A stretch of DNA of 40,652 bases from contig CAYHIR010000006.1 in the NCBI GenBank assembly GCA_964356815.1, positions 1-40,652 on the forward strand, given 5' to 3'. The position numbers and the translations under genes were made by a program. Each line of letters begins with the position of its first letter. The first letter of the stretch is position 1. This document shows, piece after piece, positions 7,893-15,634 of the stretch. A model generated the notes under the pieces. The model worked only from the letters and a program-made list of their open reading frames with translations. It ran no database searches and had not been told where the DNA came from. This stretch comes from an uncultured Candidatus Saccharibacteria bacterium. Lineage in GTDB: Bacteria; Patescibacteriota; Minisyncoccia; Phycocordibacterales; DATGWK01.

Positions 7893-9178
7893 AAAAGATA
7901 TTTTTTGGATCGAAAAAATGGGTGCAAAATCTGGTCGTTTCAATACGACTCGGTTTTTTTCTAGCCCTTCGCCAAGTGCGTCGAGGTAATAAATGGACAA
8001 CAGCCCTCATTATTTTTGTGATGATGCTCACATTTCTAAATCTTGTGGTGGTGCGCGGTGTGCTCGTGGGTTTGCTTCAAGGCTCTACAAATGTTTACAA
8101 ATCTGGCTATGCGGGTGATGTTATCCTCACTAATCTTTCCAAAAAATCTTACATTGAAAACAGTCCTTCGATTATAAAAACCATAGAGACTCTGCCGTGG
8201 GTTGAGGCTTACAGCTATCGCTATGTGGAGGGTGGGGAAGTCGAGGTAAATTATAAAACACGAGTGAGGCTCGACGACGACGCCAATTCCGCCGCCGCTT
8301 CTATTGTGGGTATCAATCCCGATCTTGAAGATGGCCTGACGCATATATCGGAAAAGCTGGTGGAGGGTAGATATCTCACCCGCGACGACTCGGACGGCAT
8401 TCTCATTGGCGCAAATTTGCTCAGAAAATATCTCGATATTGATGTGCCAAATTTAACTCTGCTCGAAAATGTGGAAATAGGGGATAGGGTGCGCATGACC
8501 ATCGGTGAAAATAGAAAAGAGTTTACGGTGCTCGGCTTTTTGCAAAGCAAAGTCGATCAGATTGATTTCCGAGTTTTTGTGCTTGACACCACACTTCGAA
8601 ATATTATTGGTCGTGGCGATTTTAATGTCGACGAAATTGCTATTTCGCTAAAGCCCGGCACCGATCCGTACATTGTGAAAAACGCACTTATTCGCTCTGG
8701 CGTGGACGAGTACGCTAGGGTGCAGACATGGGACGAGTCTTTGCCAAAGTTTCTGCTTGATATTCAAAATACTTTCGGCCTTTTGGGTAATGTTGTCGGC
8801 TCTATTGGTCTCGCTGTGGCATCCATCACTATTTTCATCGTCATTTTCATCAATGCCATTACGCGCAGGAAATATATCGGTATTTTGAAAGGTATAGGTA
8901 TAAAATCATCGGCCATCGAGATCGCTTATATTATTCAGGCGATTTTTTATGCCGCCATCGGTATTTTGATCGGTTTGGTGATTCTTTATGGATTTTTGGT
9001 ACCATTCATCGACGCTCACCCAATACCGTTTCCATTTAGCGATGGCATTTTGGTGGCCGAGATTCCAAACACTCTGCTCCGTGCCGCTCTCCTCATGATT
9101 GCCACACTCATTGCGGGCTACATTCCAGCAAAGATCGTTGTGCAACAAAATACGCTAGATTCGATTTTGGGGCGCTGA
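7889..9178 (+). CDS. ABC transporter permease, MacB/FtsX/LolC-E type
   Basis: TM1, large extracytoplasmic domain (VEGRYL...ILIGANL), RRKYIGILKGIG, three C-terminal TMs, YIPAKIV. Confidence 0.9.
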   Translation: MKKIFFGSKKWVQNLVVSIRLGFFLALRQVRRGNKWTTALIIFVMMLTFLNLVVVRGVLVGLLQGSTNVYKSGYAGDVILTNLSKKSYIENSPSIIKTIETLPWVEAYSYRYVEGGEVEVNYKTRVRLDDDANSAAASIVGINPDLEDGLTHISEKLVEGRYLTRDDSDGILIGANLLRKYLDIDVPNLTLLENVEIGDRVRMTIGENRKEFTVLGFLQSKVDQIDFRVFVLDTTLRNIIGRGDFNVDEIAISLKPGTDPYIVKNALIRSGVDEYARVQTWDESLPKFLLDIQNTFGLLGNVVGSIGLAVASITIFIVIFINAITRRKYIGILKGIGIKSSAIEIAYIIQAIFYAAIGILIGLVILYGFLVPFIDAHPIPFPFSDGILVAEIPNTLLRAALLMIATLIAGYIPAKIVVQQNTLDSILGR

Positions 9179-9221
9179 TTAGCTGACCGCGATAAATTGA
9201 GCAAAAATTAAACAAAATTTT

Positions 9222-9914
9222 ATGTCAGTCATGATAAAAGCCGAAAAAATTGTGAAGTCGTATCAGAGCGGTGGCTCGGAGCTCGTGGTTTTGCGCGGCC
9301 TAGATTTTTCGGCAGAGCGCGGCGAATTTGTGGCCATTACCGGCCGCTCGGGCTCGGGCAAAAGTACGCTTTTGTATCAGCTCGGTCTTTTAGATCACCC
9401 AAATTCTGGTCATATAAATATTGACGGCGTAGATATTTTGAAACTCAATAATGAAGAGCGCACCGATTTTCGCCTCAAAGAGCTTGGCTACGTTTTTCAA
9501 GATTATGCTCTTTTGCCAGAGCTCACCTCGCTCGAAAATGTTGCTCTGCCTTTTCTCATGCAAGGCATGACGAAGGCCCAGGCGGCCGGAAGAGCCACGG
9601 AAGCTCTGGCAAGAGTTGGCTTGGCATCCAAAACGAGCAACCTGCCGAGCCAACTTTCTGGCGGCGAGCAACAGCGTGTGAGTATTGCTCGCGCCATTAG
9701 TCATAGTCCAAAAATTATTTTTGCCGACGAGCCAACGGCCAATCTCGATAGCGAAACGGCGGCAATTGTGATAAAAACATTCCTTGAGCTTCACAGGGAA
9801 GGGCAAACGATCGTTATGGTCACGCACGAAGAAGAGTATGCGAGGCAGACAGATCGAATAATCACGCTTTCCGATGGTATAATAACTTCCGACACTCGAC
9901 TCAAGGCTCAATAA
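9222..9914 (+). CDS. ABC transporter ATP-binding protein, LolD/MacB type
   Basis: GRSGSGKST, LSGGEQQRV, ADEPTANLD, VTHE. Confidence 0.95.
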   Translation: MSVMIKAEKIVKSYQSGGSELVVLRGLDFSAERGEFVAITGRSGSGKSTLLYQLGLLDHPNSGHINIDGVDILKLNNEERTDFRLKELGYVFQDYALLPELTSLENVALPFLMQGMTKAQAAGRATEALARVGLASKTSNLPSQLSGGEQQRVSIARAISHSPKIIFADEPTANLDSETAAIVIKTFLELHREGQTIVMVTHEEEYARQTDRIITLSDGIITSDTRLKAQ

Positions 9915-9916
9915 AA

Positions 9917-11551
9917 ATGAAAAATTTCCTCAAAAATGCTTTCCGATGGGCGAGAGTTCACTACATAATTTCGGCTATAGTTTTGGTTATTCTTTTGATC
10001 ATCGTCTCGGCTTTTAGCTTTGGTGGAAATGGCGCGGAAAAAATTACTGTCGAACGAGGCACGGTGGTGCAAACGGTCCAAGCTTCGGGCAAAATGAAGC
10101 CCATCCAAGATGCTGATTTTGGCTTTGAAAATGGTGGACGAGTAGCGGCTATTTTGGTCAACACGGGCGATGCGGTGGTGGCTGGCGCAGTGCTAGTAGA
10201 GCTCGATCGTGCTCAAGCAGAAGCCGAGCTTTCAAAGGCTAGGGGGCTTTTGGCGGCCGACACAGCCGAGCTCGATGAAATGCGAGCCGGTACGCGCTCT
10301 GAAGAGCTCAACATTTCTGAAGCAGAAAAAGCCGAAGCCGAAGTAGCCTTGGCTGATGCCACGAGCAATCTCGTTATAAATATGAAGCGTGCCTTCGAGC
10401 TTTCCGACAACGCCGTGCGCAATTACGCCGATCAATTTTTTGAAAACACCGATGACTTCTCACCATCTTGGAAGCGCACTTACGTCTCGTCTGGTGGAAC
10501 AACTGTTGGCTTGAATGTCGTTTTTGATTTAAAGTTGAAAATTGTAGATGGTCGTAGAGAGGTTCAGAAAATTTTGCCGCTATGGGCCAGTCTTTCTTCG
10601 GGCTTAATGAGCTCGACGGCCACTCCCGCCGACTTGATGTCAAAAATTTCAATTGAAAAAAGTTATCTCGATACTACTGTTGCGTTTTTGGAAGATTTAG
10701 CACTCGGTGTTAACCAGATGTCATCTCCCAATGGAGACGAAGACGCAGTATTTGCCGGTTTTCGCACTGATGTAGGAACGGCTCGGGCCAATGTAGCCAC
10801 GGCCTATACAAATCTCATCGCCGCTGAAGACAAATACAATGCCGCGCGCCTCTCTTTTTCTGTTCAGGATAAAGAGCTTGCCCTGAAGCTAGCCGGGAGC
10901 ACTTCTCAGGCTCTTGCATCTCAGGTTGCAAAGGTGGCGCAGAGTCGAGCTGGCGTCCTTGCGGCCGAAGCCGATCTATCTAAGGCAATAATCCGCGCGC
11001 CGTTTTCTGGTATTGTGGGCACTATTGATGCCGAGGTGGGGGAGGTGGTTGGTGCGGGCGATACCATCATCCGCCTCATAAGCGAAGAGGATAATTTTAG
11101 TATTGAAGCCAATATCTCAGAGGTTAACATTGCAAAAATAAATGTAGGTAATAAGGTTCGAGCCGTTTTTGACGCTCTGCCCGACCAAAGCTTCTATGGC
11201 TCCGTGTCCCATATCGACTCAACAGAAACCATAATCGACGATGTGGTGAATTATAAAGTTACTATTTTAGTAGACTCAAGTGCCATCAACGATAAAACAG
11301 ACAAGATAAAGAGCGGCATGACGGCTAATTTGTTTGTAGAGACAGCCGAAAGGCAAAATGTGCTCATAGTTCCACTTTTTGCTCTAACACGTTCTACAGA
11401 GGGTGGAGAAACCAAATTTGTGGCCCAAAAGCTGGTTGGTGGCAGTAGAAGCGAAGAAACCTCGGTAGTTTTGGGTGTGGTGGGTAGCGACGGTAGGGCA
11501 GAGGTGCTTTCCGGCCTGTCTGAAGGCGATGTTTTAGTCATTGAGAAGTAA
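9917..11551 (+). CDS. Efflux membrane-fusion (HlyD/MacA-like) adaptor protein
   Basis: N-terminal TM, split lipoyl halves (GRVAAILVNTGDAVVAG; IRAPFSGIV) around a long coiled coil, KSGMTA, SGLSEGD. Confidence 0.88.
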   Translation: MKNFLKNAFRWARVHYIISAIVLVILLIIVSAFSFGGNGAEKITVERGTVVQTVQASGKMKPIQDADFGFENGGRVAAILVNTGDAVVAGAVLVELDRAQAEAELSKARGLLAADTAELDEMRAGTRSEELNISEAEKAEAEVALADATSNLVINMKRAFELSDNAVRNYADQFFENTDDFSPSWKRTYVSSGGTTVGLNVVFDLKLKIVDGRREVQKILPLWASLSSGLMSSTATPADLMSKISIEKSYLDTTVAFLEDLALGVNQMSSPNGDEDAVFAGFRTDVGTARANVATAYTNLIAAEDKYNAARLSFSVQDKELALKLAGSTSQALASQVAKVAQSRAGVLAAEADLSKAIIRAPFSGIVGTIDAEVGEVVGAGDTIIRLISEEDNFSIEANISEVNIAKINVGNKVRAVFDALPDQSFYGSVSHIDSTETIIDDVVNYKVTILVDSSAINDKTDKIKSGMTANLFVETAERQNVLIVPLFALTRSTEGGETKFVAQKLVGGSRSEETSVVLGVVGSDGRAEVLSGLSEGDVLVIEK

Positions 11552-11661
11552 TAAAAATTAAGAAAAATTAATAATAATAATCGCTGAAAAAGCCTTATTA
11601 TCAGCCCTATTTTAGGGTGTTTTTGGCATGCTTTTTAGACCATAAAAAACCAATTTTGTCA

Positions 11662-11690
11662 TTGACAAGAGGGTTTAGATATGCTAGTAT
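11662..11690 (+). promoter_or_regulatory. Sigma70 promoter of the lysozyme-like gene
   Basis: TTGACA 11662-11667, 17 bp spacer, TGc-TAGTAT 11682-11690 (extended -10). Confidence 0.7.
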
Positions 11691-11698
11691 GTTGATGT

Positions 11699-11738
11699 AA
11701 CTCAGTTAGTCGCTGAGTTTTTTGTTTTCTAAGACTAA
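11699..11738 (+). promoter_or_regulatory. 5' leader hairpin with U-tract and possible H-type pseudoknot
   Basis: AACTCAG/CTGAGTT stem; loop TTAGTC is complementary to GACTAA 11733-11738. Confidence 0.45.
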
Positions 11739-11745
11739 AACCAAT

Positions 11746-12207
11746 ATGTTAAATATAGCTGCTATTAGCTTGTACATGATGCTTTCTGGAGTCACTGGCG
11801 CGTCAGGTATTCCTACGCCAATGGCGCTTCCAGAGGAGCCAGTTCAAACTGTTGAACAAAAAAAGGAAGTTGAAAGATTAATCGAAGAAATAGACGTTGA
11901 GGCTTATGTAAAGGAGTATTTTAAAGACACTCCGATTCTTGCTGAAATTTCTCGTTGCGAATCTCATTTCCGACAAGAAGGAAAGAATGGTCTTACTCTT
12001 CGTGGTATGAAAGATCGAGACGATCTTGGTGCCATGCAGATCAATCAGCGATACCACGGTGAACAAGCTAAAGCTCTAGGACTCGATTTGCACACTCTCG
12101 ATGGTAACTTGGCTTACGCTAAGGCTCTCTATGAGAAAGAAGGTGCATATCCTTGGATGGCCTCATCTGCTTGTTGGTCTAAGGTCAATGAGCTTGCGAT
12201 GCGTTAA
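11746..12207 (+). CDS. Secreted lysozyme-like/SLT transglycosylase domain protein
   Basis: Signal-peptide-like N-terminus, ISRCES (candidate catalytic Glu), DLGAMQIN, YAKALY...PW.AS..CW; in-frame ATG 11746 preferred to TTG 11722. Confidence 0.75.
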   Translation: MLNIAAISLYMMLSGVTGASGIPTPMALPEEPVQTVEQKKEVERLIEEIDVEAYVKEYFKDTPILAEISRCESHFRQEGKNGLTLRGMKDRDDLGAMQINQRYHGEQAKALGLDLHTLDGNLAYAKALYEKEGAYPWMASSACWSKVNELAMR

Positions 12208-12241
12208 ACCGCAAAGCGTGGTCTGAAAAGAAAAAACTTAA

Positions 12242-12277
12242 ACAAAACACCCGTACCGAAAGGCGCGGGTGTTTTGT
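12242..12277 (+). terminator. Intrinsic terminator
   Basis: ACAAAACACCCG...GAAA...CGGGTGTTTTGT hairpin downstream of the SLT-like gene. Confidence 0.75.
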
Positions 12278-12318
12278 ATGGCGATGTATCCGAGCCGAGG
12301 AGCTAATATACTAATATA
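12277..12318 (+). repeat. Internally deleted copy of the 2692-2760 element plus CTAATATA duplication
   Basis: TATGGCGATGTA resembles TATTAGCGACGTA (2692-2704) and is joined to TCCGAGCCGAGGAGCTAATATA, identical to 2739-2760. Confidence 0.6.
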
Positions 12319-12329
12319 AATGAACGAGT

Positions 12330-12368
12330 AAAAAATTCCCTACACCGTGGCAGTGCGGTGTAGGGAAT
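12330..12368 (-). terminator. Intrinsic terminator of the orphan gene 12390-12692
   Basis: 13 bp perfect stem ATTCCCTACACCG/CGGTGTAGGGAAT followed by a T-run on the minus strand. Confidence 0.8.
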
Positions 12369-12389
12369 GAGGCTGGCCGAATCGAGGGA

Positions 12390-12692
12390 CTATTCAACTT
12401 TTCTCTCGATTCCACCTCTGAGTTTGGTTGCCCGTCTGTCGAGAGGTTGTTCTTGGATGATTTGGACAGTTGCGTTGTGACCAAGAGTTTGTCTGCAGAA
12501 GTCAGTCACCCAAGGAAGTAGAAGGTTTTCTCCAACAAGCACAGCTAGGGCATGATCAGCCGAAGCACCAGGTCCTCTGGCTTCGGCTGCGAGGACTAGA
12601 ACCTTGCACACTGAGCCAATTTTCATCGATGCTCCCATGAGCAAATTAAACTCGACGATCTCGAGAAGCTCGAGATCTCGCAGAAAAATCAT
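12390..12692 (-). CDS. Hypothetical protein (100 aa orphan)
   Basis: AAGGAGG 6 nt before ATG 12692, upstream TTGCAT-18-TATACT (12741-12770), downstream terminator; no recognisable family. Confidence 0.6.
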   Translation of the reverse strand: MIFLRDLELLEIVEFNLLMGASMKIGSVCKVLVLAAEARGPGASADHALAVLVGENLLLPWVTDFCRQTLGHNATVQIIQEQPLDRRATKLRGGIERKVE

Positions 12693-12872
12693 AGGTCTCC
12701 TCCTTTTATTTTGTGCGACCACACACGACTTCCTAGGCTCAGTATACTAATAGGGTATAGCAAAATGCAAATGAGTAAAAATTAGCGCAAATTACCATAT
12801 AGGTCGCACAATATATCTTTTACGCGGATAGCTTATACGACATAAATAAGCCTATATAGAGCGGTTGAAATT

Positions 12873-13541
12873 TTAGACCCCTTCCCTTCCGATTTTAAGA
12901 GATTTTCGAGTGCTGCAAAAATCTTGAAAAGATTTCCATTCCATCAACAGTTGGCCGCTCTTTAGCTCCTTCTTTTTGTTTTGAATAAGTTTCTCTAATA
13001 TTTCTGGTCCAATATCCTCATTCATCTGTAAAAATATCATCGGATATTGTGACATTACTGGATTTTCATATTTATCTAATTTGCTATTAAGACAGCCAGC
13101 AAGGTTCCTTCTATCACTTGGGTAGAAGACATCAACACAGAAGCCACCTTTTTGATCATAAACAAAGAAATCAGCGCGAGTACGTTTATCGTCTGTGAAA
13201 AAAAACTCTCGGTGCACAAACTCTTTTTTAAACTTGGTTATAAGAAATTTATAAACTTTGTCTTCAACTATATGCGCACGATGATTAATTTTATTTGCTC
13301 GCGCTGAACTATGAGCGCCACTTCGAAAGTCCGTTTGAGATTTTAGTTTGAGTTTGGTACGAAGGGCAACAAGGCCGCCGAATCGTCGTTCAATTGATCT
13401 GGCTGAAGGAAGATATGGATACTTGTCAACTTCGGGCGCAGTTGGATACCTCTGATGCTCGTTATAAAAATGTTCCAGGCCAGACTTCAGATTTTCAATT
13501 GTCCAAGGTTTCTGTTTGCCGTCTTTCTGTTTTCGAAGCAT
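12873..13541 (-). CDS. Putative endonuclease: homing-endonuclease-associated repeat plus PD-(D/E)XK-like domain
   Basis: FYNEHQRYPTAPEVD...PSARSIERRFGGLVALR helical repeat; E...RADFFVY...CVDVF restriction-fold pattern; visibly AT-rich. Confidence 0.55.
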   Translation of the reverse strand: MLRKQKDGKQKPWTIENLKSGLEHFYNEHQRYPTAPEVDKYPYLPSARSIERRFGGLVALRTKLKLKSQTDFRSGAHSSARANKINHRAHIVEDKVYKFLITKFKKEFVHREFFFTDDKRTRADFFVYDQKGGFCVDVFYPSDRRNLAGCLNSKLDKYENPVMSQYPMIFLQMNEDIGPEILEKLIQNKKKELKSGQLLMEWKSFQDFCSTRKSLKIGREGV

Positions 13542-13603
13542 TCAGAAAGCATAAATCTATGAGTCGTATAACGCAAGTGCCTTTTGTGGATTGTTGTTAA
13601 AAC

Positions 13604-14650
13604 CTATTGCCAATCAATCTTTTTTGCCCTCTCCCAAAACTCCGGATGATTTTTTTCTTTCATCATGTAATACCACCATTCGGCGCCCCATAAATACTGT
13701 TTTTCAAAACCAGCTTTTTGGGCAAATTCCAAAACGTTATTAAACTTATCTACATCCATACGACTCAAAGCGGTCTCCAAAGGCGTATCTTTGATAGGTT
13801 TGAGTAGCCAAGGCTCGGCTGAGAGCTCGATTAGAAGGGTTTCTGGGGTTCGACCAGCATTTCGACCGTCTGGGCTATTGTTGAAAAGCATTTCAACGAT
13901 ATTGCGCTTAATTTTGAAAAAGGCCGGAGGAACTGGATAGCGGACAGGCCCGAGCGTATGATTCCAAACATATAAATAGAGACTGGTTCCAAAAGAGTCG
14001 CCAAGCTGATAGGCTTTGTACCAAAGGCCCAGCTCACCGCTGTCTGTGACCAATATTGTGCGACTTGGATCGAGTGAGCGCACGAGGTTGATTTCTTTCT
14101 TTAAGAATTCTTTATCGAGAAAATCTTGGCAATGTTCGCGTGCGAAAAAGGTTAAGAACGGTTCATTTTCAATTTGCCAATAAGCAATAGCGGACGAATT
14201 TTTGTAGCGATTTACCACAGTCGTCATATATTCGAGAAGCTCTTCACGCTTATCTTCGTCGGATAGGTCTTTAGCCCAAGACGGCTCGTGGCATTCTGGC
14301 CAGCCGGGTAGTCGCCTACCAACGGCAAAAATAACCTTAGAATTGGTCTCCTCTGCCCTCTTTATTTGATAATCGAGCGGATACCAGTCGTATTGATCGT
14401 TCTTTGGCTCAGTGAGTTGCCAATGAGCCGAGAGGCGGAACCGACGGACACCCAAATCGTCTAAAATCGCATTGTAGACTTTTTGCCAATCCAACCCAAG
14501 CTCATTTGAATGAAAGAGGCTAAATGACACGCCGTACTCTACCCTCTCAGGCGTTTTGCGAATTGAAAGCAGAGCAAGAATGATGAAAATTATAATTGCT
14601 GCGCCGATTATTTTTTTGCGATTTCTTTTAAAAAATTTCATTATTTTCAT
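13604..14650 (-). CDS. Membrane-anchored clan GH-A glycoside hydrolase (GH5/GH42-like)
   Basis: N-terminal TM; RLSAHW..TEP...YDW; WQIENEP (acid/base Glu); IELSAEPW (candidate nucleophile); LWGAEWW. Confidence 0.7.
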   Translation of the reverse strand: MKIMKFFKRNRKKIIGAAIIIFIILALLSIRKTPERVEYGVSFSLFHSNELGLDWQKVYNAILDDLGVRRFRLSAHWQLTEPKNDQYDWYPLDYQIKRAEETNSKVIFAVGRRLPGWPECHEPSWAKDLSDEDKREELLEYMTTVVNRYKNSSAIAYWQIENEPFLTFFAREHCQDFLDKEFLKKEINLVRSLDPSRTILVTDSGELGLWYKAYQLGDSFGTSLYLYVWNHTLGPVRYPVPPAFFKIKRNIVEMLFNNSPDGRNAGRTPETLLIELSAEPWLLKPIKDTPLETALSRMDVDKFNNVLEFAQKAGFEKQYLWGAEWWYYMMKEKNHPEFWERAKKIDWQ

Positions 14651-14683
14651 AATTTTATTTTAGTCGTGGCGCCGCTTGCTTGT

Positions 14684-15625
14684 TTACACAAAAAGGACGA
14701 AAAATCCGATGACGATGAGAACAGTTGCCAAAAGCTTGTGGAGAAATTCGTGTCTGTGGATTTTTTCGTCGAAATAATCCGGGATGAGGGTGTGAAAGAA
14801 AAGCGCGAATACAAATATGAATACATATTGAGTGGCGGTGAGAGCGTTCACTATCGCTACATTGCCGCCTTTTATGGCAAGTAAGATAAATATAAAGGCG
14901 ACACCCGCGAGGACTTTATTGCCTAAAATGATGAAAGCTTTTTTCGACCGGCTCCTTGAATTTGAATGGGTCGGATGGCTTGAATGATCGGGCGATTTTT
15001 TGTGGAGATCTTTAAAGACAGTGCGCCAAACGCTCGGCACAAGAAGAAGGGCAAGAGCCACCACGACGTTTGCCATGCGAGACCAGAAAAAGCCGTCTAT
15101 AAAAGAAGTTGTTTCGTTGAAAATAATTTTCATGAGGACGTTTGAGAGGCCGAAGAAGGTGCCGGCGCCGACGAGAAAAAGGAGTGAACGTTTGGTGAAT
15201 TCGAAATGAGAAATGAGCACCATGCCGATAACCAGGAAGAAAAAGCCGATTATGAATTTGTCTGAGCCTGTGGGTAGGCCGGTGTTTAAAATGAGTGCGC
15301 TGCTTATGAGGGTTGAAATTGTGGCCACGCCGCCCACCACTGGCACCACCTCTGAGGCTCTAGAATTTTTGAGTGATTCATAAAACAAAAGAATGGAAAT
15401 GAGATAGCTTACGCCAGCGAGGATGGAAAAGACGGAGGTGTGAACGCTTGGCCACGATACGCCAAAGGGTAGAGCACCGAGCGCGAAGATAGAAAGAAAG
15501 CTCACATAAAAAGCGTAGACGACCGTATTGGGGACGACATTTTTAGACACAATAAAGCGGTCGTTTAAAATAACCGTTGCGTTTAGAAATTGACCGATGA
15601 TGACAAATAGTACCCATGGTTCCAC
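14684..15625 (-). CDS. EamA/DMT-family transporter
   Basis: About 10 TM helices in two repeats, SRASEVVPV and GNVAIVNAL motifs; GTG start. Confidence 0.75.
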   Translation of the reverse strand: MEPWVLFVIIGQFLNATVILNDRFIVSKNVVPNTVVYAFYVSFLSIFALGALPFGVSWPSVHTSVFSILAGVSYLISILLFYESLKNSRASEVVPVVGGVATISTLISSALILNTGLPTGSDKFIIGFFFLVIGMVLISHFEFTKRSLLFLVGAGTFFGLSNVLMKIIFNETTSFIDGFFWSRMANVVVALALLLVPSVWRTVFKDLHKKSPDHSSHPTHSNSRSRSKKAFIILGNKVLAGVAFIFILLAIKGGNVAIVNALTATQYVFIFVFALFFHTLIPDYFDEKIHRHEFLHKLLATVLIVIGFFVLFV

Positions 15626-15634
15626 GATTTTATT

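Noticed and set aside
10697-10705. CIRCE half-site TTAGCACTC
   Set aside because: Inside a CDS, second half absent, far from the chaperone genes
13847-13868. GGTTCGA tRNA T-loop-like motif and TTCGACC repeat
   Set aside because: Within the glycoside hydrolase CDS; no cloverleaf can be formed
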